NCBI GenBank assembly: GCA_913040915.1
Contig: CAJWHW010000017.1
Coordinates: forward strand, 1-40,501
Source: an uncultured Fidelibacterota bacterium
Lineage (GTDB): Bacteria; Fidelibacterota; Marinisomatia; Marinisomatales; UBA1611
DNA: 40,501 nt
Reading direction: 5' to 3'
Under the pieces are notes generated by a model. The model was not told the origin of the DNA, did not search any database, and worked only from the letters and a program-made list of their open reading frames with translations. Positions 30,726-40,501 of the stretch are shown one piece after another. A program made the translations under genes and the position numbers. Every line of letters starts with the position of its first letter. The first letter of the stretch is position 1.

Positions 30726-31670
30726 ATGGTACCAGTTGTATTAGGAATAGATATTGGCGGCACCAATACAGTTTACGGGTTGATTGGTGAAGAAGGTACA
30801 ATTTATCATTCTGCCCAAATTTTAACCCACGGGGACAAGAATGTAACGCATTTACTGAACCGTCTTGAAAAGCGAGTGAATAACCAATTAAACAATGATG
30901 ATGACTATCAATTGACAGGTATCGGGATTGGTGCGCCTAATGGGAACCATCATTCAGGTTTTATTCAGGATCCACCAAACCTGAAATGGGGGAATGTAGA
31001 TATAGTTACCCTATTAGAGGATACTTTTTCCTGTGATGTAAAACTTACAAATGATGCTAATGCAGCAGCCATAGGAGAGAAACAGTTTGGAATCGCAAAA
31101 AAAATGAATGATTTTGTACTTATTACCCTTGGTACTGGTCTGGGAAGTGGAATTTATTCAGGTGGAGAAATAATCTACGGTCATGATAGTATGGCCGGCG
31201 AAATGGGGCATATCTCAATTGACTTGAATGGAAGATTATGTACCTGTGGGTTGAAAGGGTGCCTTGAAATGTATGTGTCTAAAAAGGGTGTGGAGCAAAC
31301 CGTCTCACAATTTCAAGAATCTCATCCGAATGATGAATTTTTAAAAACATTGGATCCAAGTAATATTGATGGAAGAATCATTGATCAAGCTGTAGATAAT
31401 CAAATCCATACAGCGATTCAAATTTATGAATATACAGCAGATAAATTAGCTGCGGGATTGGCTCTGGCAGCGATTATTTTATCTCCAGAAGCATTTATTT
31501 TTTATGGAGGATATAGTCAGGCTGGAGACAGACTACTCGAACCTACACGAAAAGCCCTGGATAATTATTTAATGGATAATTTAAAAGGTAAAATTAAAAT
31601 TCTACAATCTGGGCTTCCGCCGGAGCAAGCAGGAATTCTTGGTGCAGCATCTTTAATTTGGAAATTGTAA
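30726..31670 (+). CDS. ROK-family sugar kinase (glucokinase-like)
   Basis: GIDIGGT, NDANAAA.GE, TLGTGLGSG, GEMGH, C.CG..GCLE. Confidence 0.93.
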   Translation: MVPVVLGIDIGGTNTVYGLIGEEGTIYHSAQILTHGDKNVTHLLNRLEKRVNNQLNNDDDYQLTGIGIGAPNGNHHSGFIQDPPNLKWGNVDIVTLLEDTFSCDVKLTNDANAAAIGEKQFGIAKKMNDFVLITLGTGLGSGIYSGGEIIYGHDSMAGEMGHISIDLNGRLCTCGLKGCLEMYVSKKGVEQTVSQFQESHPNDEFLKTLDPSNIDGRIIDQAVDNQIHTAIQIYEYTADKLAAGLALAAIILSPEAFIFYGGYSQAGDRLLEPTRKALDNYLMDNLKGKIKILQSGLPPEQAGILGAASLIWKL

Positions 31671-31704
31671 TTGTTTTCACTTGAAATTTCCTATTTTTAT
31701 GTGG

Positions 31705-31736
31705 AAAAGCCCGATCATTTGGCGGGGCTTTTATTT
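31705..31736 (+). terminator. Intrinsic terminator after ROK gene
   Basis: AAAAGCCC...GGGCTTTT stem followed by ATTT. Confidence 0.6.
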
Positions 31737-32117
31737 ATCAAATTCTATTGGATATAAAAGAAAGCAGAGAGAAGGCGGCTCAAAGAACCTACTCGATACA
31801 ATGGAGAGTGATTCATCTCTCTGCCATTTAATTTTTCTTAAGGCTCCTGATATGCTAAAAGTCGAATAAAGTTCCAATGCATCCTAATCAAAAAAGAATC
31901 TCAATATGTAGAGAGTAAGGTGAAATTATCCAGTTGATATTATATAAAGTATTACAGTAATATAATTATTTAAATACATACATTACTAAATTTATAGTAA
32001 AATAAAAAATTGAAAACACTTTGGTGATTTGGTCAATCAAGTACCTGATAAAATTCAATAGGGTTGAAAAAGCTTTTTTATATCTGATACATTGACAAAG
32101 AATTGATCTCTGGATAC

Positions 32118-32432
32118 TTAATTCCCATTGACTCCGTCCGATTGTGCCATGGCAGCAAAAGTCTCTTTCATATATGTCAGTGTTTTTAGGTATTCTGTTT
32201 TATCTATTTTGCTTCCGTGCTTGGCAATAAGATTTCCGATATAAAGATGTTGCTTCCAAAAAAATTCAATCAGCTTCTTTATCGTTTTGTGTTGCTTTGC
32301 AAATTCTTCTGGCGAAAGTTGTTCAAGTTTTTCTGAGTCAATATTTCCCAATACTTCAAGTGCTTGTTCATACTGTTCCAATGCTTTGGGTTCAGCATAT
32401 TCTTTGATCCACAATGGCGGTGAATAAATCAT
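32118..32432 (-). CDS. Hypothetical helical protein
   Basis: 104-aa ATG ORF with protein-like composition, no competing ORF. Confidence 0.6.
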   Translation of the reverse strand: MIYSPPLWIKEYAEPKALEQYEQALEVLGNIDSEKLEQLSPEEFAKQHKTIKKLIEFFWKQHLYIGNLIAKHGSKIDKTEYLKTLTYMKETFAAMAQSDGVNGN

Positions 32433-32538
32433 GATAAAATTTAAGAAAGAAAAAAGAAAGCAGTTAGTATATAGAGCCTACCCTGTAGAATGGAAAGGGA
32501 CCGTCCTGATAAGTAAATTCAATATAAGCTATAAATGT

Positions 32539-32763
32539 TCAGTCTTTGTACCAAGTTAAATAGCTGATAATAACTCCCTGGTTGATTAGTATGAAAAATA
32601 TACTGATATCTTGCATTAAGGATGAAAAAATTGTTTCTCCGGAAGCATAATTCCAACCAAAGACAAGTGCAAAAAATAATAGTGAAAAGGGTACGAAATA
32701 TTTTGATGTCTTTTTATCAAAGTTCTTTACATTTTCTACGATTCCCATATTTTTTCTCTCCAT
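32539..32763 (-). CDS. Hypothetical small 2-TM membrane protein
   Basis: 74-aa ORF with two hydrophobic segments; SD-like GGAG before internal ATG (MGIVE). Confidence 0.55.
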   Translation of the reverse strand: MERKNMGIVENVKNFDKKTSKYFVPFSLLFFALVFGWNYASGETIFSSLMQDISIFFILINQGVIISYLTWYKD

Positions 32764-32863
32764 TTTATATAATTAATAATACGAAGCCTGTGGCATAATT
32801 TTACATTTAATATTAGATTATAATGAAGCGCTTATGAATTTTAAAAAAACGCGAACAATCTCT

Positions 32864-32883
32864 GTTGCAAATAGTTGCAAATA
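32864..32883. repeat. Tandem direct repeat GTTGCAAATA x2
   Basis: Exact 10-bp tandem repeat about 100 nt beyond the tRNA-Met 3' end. Confidence 0.8.
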
Positions 32884-32934
32884 CCATGCATTTTCATGCT
32901 ATTTTGTGCATATTTAGCATAAATAGCATATAAT

Positions 32935-32961
32935 AAAAAACCCCACCAAATAGTGGGGTTT
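32935..32961 (-). terminator. Terminator downstream of tRNA-Met
   Basis: Minus strand AAACCCCAC-TATTTG-GTGGGGTTTTTT. Confidence 0.75.
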
Positions 32962-32980
32962 CTCGTTGATGATTTGCAAG

Positions 32981-33054
32981 TAGCGGAGGAGGGACTTGAA
33001 CCCCCGACACGCGGATTATGATTCCGCTGCTCTAACCAGCTGAGCTACTCCGCC
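32981..33054 (-). tRNA. tRNA with CAT anticodon, probably elongator tRNA-Met; CCA not encoded
   Basis: Reverse complement GGCGGAGTAGCTCAGCTGGTTAGAGCAGCGGAATCATAATCCGCGTGTCGGGGGTTCAAGTCCCTCCTCCGCTA folds as a cloverleaf. Confidence 0.95.
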
Positions 33055-33123
33055 AAAAAAGATAGTAAAAAAGTCCGGAAAATTAATTGGTTAATCCGCA
33101 GGATACCAACGAGAATTCCCTAA

Positions 33124-34530
<1,407 letters not shown>

Positions 34531-34544
34531 ATAATTTTTACTGC

Positions 34545-37523
34545 TTAAATTCCGCTGGATTCTTCTTCATCCATTTTTTCTACATCTTTTTTTCTTGGCT
34601 TTTGAATAATACCCTTACCGGACATACCATCTAATATAACCTTCATATTTGATTCTAGATGGTAATGATCCAAATATTTTGTACTTTCAACTAATGAACT
34701 TTCCTCAAGCCATTCTATATCTAATAGATCATTATTTTGTTTCGAATCAATAGTTAGGTAACCAATGTGCAGACTAGTTATATTTTGAAAAAAGTGACTG
34801 CCAAATGATGGTTCAACCGGTAAATTTTCTCTACCCACTTCAACAATTACTTTTGCTTGAGAAATTTGCCGCCAACTGACTGGAATTCCAAGCCAGGGGT
34901 CTGATGAACCCCATCGTCCCGGTCCACAAAGAATGTATTGTTTGTCAGAATTGAACTTATTATTGATTTTCTCTACTTCATTTGCAATCTCAACTGTTTT
35001 CGCTGGGTCAAATGAATCTTCTCTCACAATTACAATATCCTGTATAGAATTAATTTCTCCGTCTCCCAGTGTTATTTGGCTTTTACAAAAAATTATAGAT
35101 TCATCATTCGTTTCTTTTTGAATATTTCGCAATCCAGTCAAGACCATTGGTTTAATTTGTAATAAATAAAATTCAGGTTTTTGATCAGTGTAAAGATTTA
35201 CAGCAAATTCTATTTCAATCGGGCACCCTAAAGCAGTTTGACCAATGGCTAAAATTCTTTCCATGATATTTGCCAGTCGTATCTTATTCCATTTAAGAAT
35301 GGGTGCAAATGATACAATACGTGTTCCGGGTATTGTCAATGAATCCCTAATTGTATTGTCATCTGATGAAATCACACTGCCTACAGATTTAAATGAGCCG
35401 TCTTCTTCTGCATATTTCAGTGGAAATGCACTGAGGTCTTCTCGTGAACTTTTACGAGAATTAAGATCAATGGCATAAAATTGTACTTGGCTATTTTGTC
35501 TTGATGCTTTTGGAGAGTAAAACTGTGGAATTATAGTAGGGTATTTTGGGGAAATAAAAAGACATTTTTCTCCGTCTACAATTGTTCGGCCAAATCCCAG
35601 TGCTAAATATGCTACTCCTTCATCACGCTTCATATAAGAGACGGGATAATAATTAATGCTTTTTAAGACGCCGCTGATTGTAGGATAAAACCGTTTACTG
35701 GTATAAGGTTTCCCCACAACTTCCTGAATGATTACTGCCATTTTTTCTTCTTCAATTCTATGAGCTGTATTTTGTAGTAATGATTTCGCTTCTCCTTTAA
35801 AGGTAGATGCAAATACCCTTTTTATCGCTATCACTAGCTTAGTCAGCCTGTCTTTGGATGTTTTGGAATTATTTGGAAGCATTATGGTTTCATATGTTCC
35901 TGATAAAGGTTGGTATTGAGAATCTTCCAATAAACTGGATGAACGGACTGCAAGTGGATATGTATGATCATGGATAAATGATTCTAATTTGAGCATCAGA
36001 TCAACTGATAACCGAGCATTTATAAATTTCTGCTCTAATTTTTCGTAATCAGAATATTCAAGTGCTATTTTCCAGAGCTGGTTATCCTTCATAAAAAAGT
36101 CAAATTCGTTCGTTCCAATTACGGCGCAGTGTGGAACCCGAATCACTGTATCTTTAAATTCGTTTTGAATTTCTGAATATTTTATCATTGATCTTGCAAA
36201 AGCTAAACCTCTTGCTTTCCCACCTAAAGAACCACCGCATAGTCTGAAAAAATCAAGTTTTTCTTTATTAAATCGTGCTGATGTATAATCCATTACCCTC
36301 GAATCAGGTTCATTCTGTTTTGCTTGCATACATTCCAATAAATAATCTCTTAAGAGTTCACCAGTCTCAAATTGATGGACAAAAACAGGTCTGAGCTTTG
36401 ATGCGAGTTCAAATTCTGTGCGGGCAGCAAGCCAATTTGAAAAATGATGGCTTTTTGCATGATAAACTACCGATTCCACCGGAATTTTTTTAAGGCACTG
36501 AATGAATTCATCAATATTGGATGCAGAATCAACAGTAGTATTATCTGATAGGCGGAAAATAAAATCTCCAAATCCGAAATTTTCGATGATAAATGATCTC
36601 AGGTCAGTTAGAAGTGTATGAGAACCTTTATGTAGAAATGCAGCATCAACTTTTTCTGCCAATTTACTATTTTTCAAATCAGTGGACTGTAACATAATCG
36701 GGATCGATGGATCCACGGAACGTACCCATTTTGCAAATTTCAGTCCCGCTATTGGATCATTAATACCTTTTTTAGGAAAACGAATATCTGAAATAACACC
36801 GATTGTATTGTTTTTATATTTGCGTATGAACTTCTGGGCAGTTTCAAAATTGGGAGTTAACAATATTTTTGGGCGACCACGTAGATGCATTAATTTTTTT
36901 GACTGACTTAAACCACGATTAACCAAATTTTTGGTTTGGTACATAATCTCTTTATAAATCATTGGTAAAAGAACTGAATACATCCTTGGAGAATCTTCTA
37001 ATAATAGGATGGACCGAACATCTCCATTGCAGATATCTTCTTCTGCATTTTTTCTGTCTTCAACATACTTAATAATTGCAGGAAAAACAATTGCATCGCC
37101 AGACCAGATAAATACACGATTAATTGATTTTGGCGTGATAGTTTCAGGAAGTTGTTTCAATTCAGATTCATCGAATGCTAAGAGAATAACCGGTTTTTTA
37201 GGATATCGTTCCTTAATTGCGGTTCCTAAAGTGATTGGGTTCTGATCTGCTATACGTAGCATAACGATAATAAGATCATATTGTTTTTCACTCATCGCTT
37301 TCAGTGCTTCAATTCCAGTTGATACTCTTGTTACCCGAGGAGCATAATTAAAATTCATGCCGATATATTCGGACAATATTTGTTCAGTTAAATGCCCATC
37401 TTCTTCAAGAATAAAAGCATCATAAGGGCTAGCCACCAATAGAATTTCGTGAACACGATGGGCCATAAGATCCTGAAAATCGAATTTGGATTTATTCCCA
37501 ACAAAAAAATCAGCCATAGTCAA
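34545..37523 (-). CDS. Receiver-domain and PPDK_N (PEP/pyruvate-binding ATP-grasp) protein; probable start ATG 37517
   Basis: LGGKARGL, LAVRSSSLLEDS, IKRVFAS, EEKMAVIIQEVVG, ALGFG, IEIEFA, FYLLQIKPM; REC motifs LLEDS...VISDIRFP...QS...K. Confidence 0.88.
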   Translation of the reverse strand: MTMADFFVGNKSKFDFQDLMAHRVHEILLVASPYDAFILEEDGHLTEQILSEYIGMNFNYAPRVTRVSTGIEALKAMSEKQYDLIIVMLRIADQNPITLGTAIKERYPKKPVILLAFDESELKQLPETITPKSINRVFIWSGDAIVFPAIIKYVEDRKNAEEDICNGDVRSILLLEDSPRMYSVLLPMIYKEIMYQTKNLVNRGLSQSKKLMHLRGRPKILLTPNFETAQKFIRKYKNNTIGVISDIRFPKKGINDPIAGLKFAKWVRSVDPSIPIMLQSTDLKNSKLAEKVDAAFLHKGSHTLLTDLRSFIIENFGFGDFIFRLSDNTTVDSASNIDEFIQCLKKIPVESVVYHAKSHHFSNWLAARTEFELASKLRPVFVHQFETGELLRDYLLECMQAKQNEPDSRVMDYTSARFNKEKLDFFRLCGGSLGGKARGLAFARSMIKYSEIQNEFKDTVIRVPHCAVIGTNEFDFFMKDNQLWKIALEYSDYEKLEQKFINARLSVDLMLKLESFIHDHTYPLAVRSSSLLEDSQYQPLSGTYETIMLPNNSKTSKDRLTKLVIAIKRVFASTFKGEAKSLLQNTAHRIEEEKMAVIIQEVVGKPYTSKRFYPTISGVLKSINYYPVSYMKRDEGVAYLALGFGRTIVDGEKCLFISPKYPTIIPQFYSPKASRQNSQVQFYAIDLNSRKSSREDLSAFPLKYAEEDGSFKSVGSVISSDDNTIRDSLTIPGTRIVSFAPILKWNKIRLANIMERILAIGQTALGCPIEIEFAVNLYTDQKPEFYLLQIKPMVLTGLRNIQKETNDESIIFCKSQITLGDGEINSIQDIVIVREDSFDPAKTVEIANEVEKINNKFNSDKQYILCGPGRWGSSDPWLGIPVSWRQISQAKVIVEVGRENLPVEPSFGSHFFQNITSLHIGYLTIDSKQNNDLLDIEWLEESSLVESTKYLDHYHLESNMKVILDGMSGKGIIQKPRKKDVEKMDEEESSGI

Positions 37524-37610
37524 AATTACCGAGCTTAATGAGAAAAAGGAATATCCAACTAATCTGTCTTGGAATGTATTTCTTAATCCATTTAATTTTA
37601 TAATTATAAA

Positions 37611-38175
37611 ATGTCTGTTTATATATTTTTCCGGAACTGAAATCTTCAGTATATGATTTTATAAGTTTACTTTTTTTAAGAGGTATTTAGCTTCTCAGTA
37701 AAGTTATTTCCAATTAACAGATTCAATTTCTAATCAATTTGGTGAATTAATGTTACAAAGTGCAGTGAAAACCAAAATATACGGGTTATGCTTTAATTAC
37801 TATAAAAATGGATTCTTTAAAGATATTGTTAAATACTGTTAGAGATGATATAAGCAGGATTAGTGGATTGTTCTGAGAATCAATAAATCTTTAAGGCTTC
37901 CGGTTTGGAATAAGATAATAAAAAGAGTAAAATACAGTAGCTTACAGGCAACCATAAACCCTGATGAAAGGTTAGAGAATATGAAAATAGTATTTAGGAC
38001 TATGGAAAATATCGGAGGAAAAATAATTGGTATTTTGGATGTTATTTTAACTCCCTTTTCAACTATTTCACCCATAGCAACAGATATTAAGAAAGCTATT
38101 GATGAAAAAGTGAATACACTCGTTGTTGCAATTCCTATAGAGTCAGATAATGATACGTACCTTAAAAGCGTTTGA
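37611..38175 (+). pseudogene. comF: Degraded ComF-family phosphoribosyltransferase-like gene
   Basis: Frame from 37801 reads ...C*R*YKQD*WIV (RGYNQAEWI-like), KRVKYSSLQATINPDERLENMKIVF, GKIIGILDVILTPFST (decayed LVDDV.TTGAT); DFISLLF fragment upstream; boundaries approximate. Confidence 0.7.
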
Positions 38176-39337
38176 TCTCAAAAGAAAAGTCATTTTAATT
38201 CGGGTGGATTTTAATGTTCCGTTAGAAGGTGAAAATATTGCAAATAATTTCAGGATCAAATCTGCTCTGCCCACTATAAATACCTGTTTGGATGCAGGAG
38301 CATCGGTGGTTTTAATGTCCCATTTAGGCCGTCCAAATGGTCAGGTAGATTCAAATTTAAGTTTAATATCTGTTGGTGAAGAATTAGCGGGTTTATTGGA
38401 ATTACCGATAAAATTTTCTGAAGATTGTGTTTCTAATGATGCACTAGATACATCCCTTTCCCTTAAGCCAGGCGAAATTCATCTTTTAGAAAATCTTCGA
38501 TTTCATGCAGGTGAAAAATCCAATGATTTGGAATTTGCATCCAGACTTGCACGCCATGGGCAAATATATATTAATGATGCCTTCGGAACTGCCCATAGAG
38601 CTCATGCTTCTAATGTAGGTGTAACATCTCACTATAAACATGCTGGAATAGGCTGGCTTATGGATAAAGAGCTCAATTTTCTCCAAAGATTTATGAAACG
38701 ACCAAATCGGCCACTTACTCTTATTCTTGGCGGAGCAAAAATTGGAACTAAACTTGAATTGATTAATCATTTCATCGAAAAAGCAGATCACATTATAATT
38801 GGTGGGGGTATGGCATTTACTTTTTTAAAGGCGCGTGGTAAAGAAGTCGGTGGATCTCTTATTCAATCATCTATGATTTCAATGGCAAAAAATATTTTAA
38901 ATAGAGCTAGAAAAGAAAGTGTACGTATTCATCTTCCTGAAGATGTTTTATGTGGAAGAAGTCTAAAGGACACTAAACCATTTGGAGCTTATAAGGTTAA
39001 TGAAATACCTAATGATTTAATGGGTTTAGATATCGGTCCGGAGACAATAATGAAATTCAATAAAATTTTAAGCCAGTCACAAACTGTAGTATGGAATGGT
39101 CCAATGGGTGTCTTTGAAATAAAAGGCTTTGCCAAAGGAACTCGTGAAATTGGAATACACTTGGCAAACTGTGTTGAAGAAGGGCACAAAGTAATTATTG
39201 GAGGTGGTGATACAGCCGCGGCAACAGAAAGATTTGGATTAAGTAGAATGATGACTCATGTTTCAACGGGTGGTGGTGCATCCCTGGAATTATTGAGTGG
39301 ACAACGGCTTCCCGCATTGGAAGCATTGGAGCTATAA
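38150..39337 (+). CDS. pgk: Phosphoglycerate kinase
   Basis: RVDFNVP, SHLGRP, LLENLRF, NDAFGTAHRAHAS, WNGPMGVFE, HVSTGGGASLE. Confidence 0.99.
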   Translation: MIRTLKAFDLKRKVILIRVDFNVPLEGENIANNFRIKSALPTINTCLDAGASVVLMSHLGRPNGQVDSNLSLISVGEELAGLLELPIKFSEDCVSNDALDTSLSLKPGEIHLLENLRFHAGEKSNDLEFASRLARHGQIYINDAFGTAHRAHASNVGVTSHYKHAGIGWLMDKELNFLQRFMKRPNRPLTLILGGAKIGTKLELINHFIEKADHIIIGGGMAFTFLKARGKEVGGSLIQSSMISMAKNILNRARKESVRIHLPEDVLCGRSLKDTKPFGAYKVNEIPNDLMGLDIGPETIMKFNKILSQSQTVVWNGPMGVFEIKGFAKGTREIGIHLANCVEEGHKVIIGGGDTAAATERFGLSRMMTHVSTGGGASLELLSGQRLPALEALEL

Positions 39338-39338
39338 T

Positions 39339-40097
39339 ATGAGACTAAACCCGATAATTGCAGGAAATTGGAAGATGCATAAAACCCCAAATGAGGGATC
39401 TATTTTCGTCGAAAAAACAACTAATTTGCTTTTGGATATAAATCACGTTTCGGTTATTTTCGCCCCGCCTTTTACGGGGCTTTTTGAATTGGATGTAAAT
39501 CCGCCATTTTATCTTGCGGCACAAAATTGCCACTGGGAAAAAGATGGAGCGTTTACAGGGGAAATTTCAGTTTCCATGATACAAGAATGTGGTGCTGAAT
39601 ATGTGATATTAGGACATTCTGAACGGCGTCATATTTTCGGTGAGACAGATGTTATGGTAAATCGCAAAGTAAAGTCTGTTTTAGCCGGTGGTCTCAAGGT
39701 AATACTATGTATTGGTGAAACCTTGGAAGAGCGTGAATTAGGTCAGACTAATTTGGTATTGAAATCTCAATTGGAAATGGGGTTGCTTGATTTAGAGAAA
39801 CTGGACAACGTTATAATTGCTTATGAACCAGTTTGGGCAATAGGTACTGGATTAACTGCTAATACTGAACAAGTGGAATCAGCTCATTATGAAGTGCGAA
39901 AAATTCTGAAAGAATTATTTCCAAACTCAGATGATATTCATGTACTTTACGGTGGGTCTGTCAAACCGCAGAATGCCGAAGAATTATTAAATATTTATGG
40001 TGTAAATGGGTTTTTAATAGGCGGAGCTAGTTTAGATATCGAATCATTTACATCCATAACAAAAACGGCGGAAGTCGTTGAAAAGAGGAAATTATGA
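39339..40097 (+). CDS. tpiA: Triosephosphate isomerase (start ATG 39339)
   Basis: IAGNWKM, GAFTGEIS, GHSERR, AYEPVWAIGTG, YGGSV, GGASL. Confidence 0.99.
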   Translation: MRLNPIIAGNWKMHKTPNEGSIFVEKTTNLLLDINHVSVIFAPPFTGLFELDVNPPFYLAAQNCHWEKDGAFTGEISVSMIQECGAEYVILGHSERRHIFGETDVMVNRKVKSVLAGGLKVILCIGETLEERELGQTNLVLKSQLEMGLLDLEKLDNVIIAYEPVWAIGTGLTANTEQVESAHYEVRKILKELFPNSDDIHVLYGGSVKPQNAEELLNIYGVNGFLIGGASLDIESFTSITKTAEVVEKRKL

Positions 40098-40438
40098 CTG
40101 GATTTTTAATCATTATACATACAATTGTCAGCATTTTATTGATTTCAGTAGTTTTGATGCAAGCTAGCCAAGGAGGTGGTTTATCCGGAACATTTGGAGG
40201 GCAAACCGCAAGTTCTATGCTTGGTGGACAAAATGCGGGTAATGTTTTAAGCAGGATCACAACCTGGCTCGCTACATTATTTTTAGCTTTAGCTGTTTTA
40301 ATCAGTATGTTAAGTGGTCCTACTACCGATTCAGCATCATCAATAGTTAAACAGGCTGCTGAGGATAGACCAGTTTTGCCGTCAACTGAACAGTTACCTA
40401 CTGAATTTGAAGGTACTTTAGATCTTGATGGGGAATAA
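40094..40438 (+). CDS. secG: Preprotein translocase subunit SecG
   Basis: Two TMs, VLMQ...GGLSGTFGG, LSRIT; tpiA-secG-tRNA-Leu synteny. Confidence 0.95.
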   Translation: MTGFLIIIHTIVSILLISVVLMQASQGGGLSGTFGGQTASSMLGGQNAGNVLSRITTWLATLFLALAVLISMLSGPTTDSASSIVKQAAEDRPVLPSTEQLPTEFEGTLDLDGE

Positions 40439-40448
40439 CAAACATTTA

Positions 40449-40501
40449 GCCGAAGTGGTGGAACTGGTAGACACGCTGTCTTGAGGGGGCAGTGGGGGAA
40501 A
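40449..40501 (+). tRNA. tRNA-Leu(GAG), truncated by window end
   Basis: GCCGAAGTGGTGGAACTGGTAGACACGCTGTC-TTGAGGG-GGCAG...; position after secG. Confidence 0.9.

Noticed and set aside
31681..31869. 62-aa TTG ORF after the ROK gene
   Set aside because: Runs through a terminator and a second hairpin, with no SD or motifs
34545..37523. Annotation as PEP synthase (ppsA) or pyruvate phosphate dikinase
   Set aside because: No C-terminal PEP/pyruvate-binding barrel and no canonical TSHAA motif
37840..37863. In-frame TGA/TAG as possible stop-codon recoding
   Set aside because: TGA and TAG end intact genes elsewhere (rplO, hutI, rplB, infA) and neighbouring motifs are also decayed; pseudogenisation fits better
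37860..38075. 71-aa hydrophobic minus-strand ORF
   Set aside because: Better explained as the antisense shadow of the comF remnant

Overview
Low-GC bacterial chromosome segment, standard genetic code. Gene content and protein style suggest an FCB-group marine lineage such as Ca. Marinimicrobia (inference only). 1-14.2 kb: 3' end of tuf, then the complete S10-spc-alpha ribosomal superoperon (rpsJ to rplQ, with secY, map, infA, rpmJ, rpoA; no adk). 14.2-21.2 kb: GHL10-like hydrolase, hutU, hutI, small secreted/membrane genes, a fused phytol-kinase/DUF92 membrane protein and a DUF3228-like gene. 21.3-31.7 kb: the most unusual part, two tandem paralogous exported proteins with FN3 arrays ending in caspase-like domains that both lack the His/Cys dyad, followed by a PKD-like membrane protein, a Cys-motif Ig-repeat lipoprotein and a ROK kinase. 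31.7-40.5 kb: AT-rich islet at tRNA-Met, gdhA convergent with a receiver/PPDK_N-type ATP-grasp protein, a decayed comF pseudogene, pgk-tpiA-secG and a partial tRNA-Leu(GAG). No CRISPR array, integrase or transposase seen.
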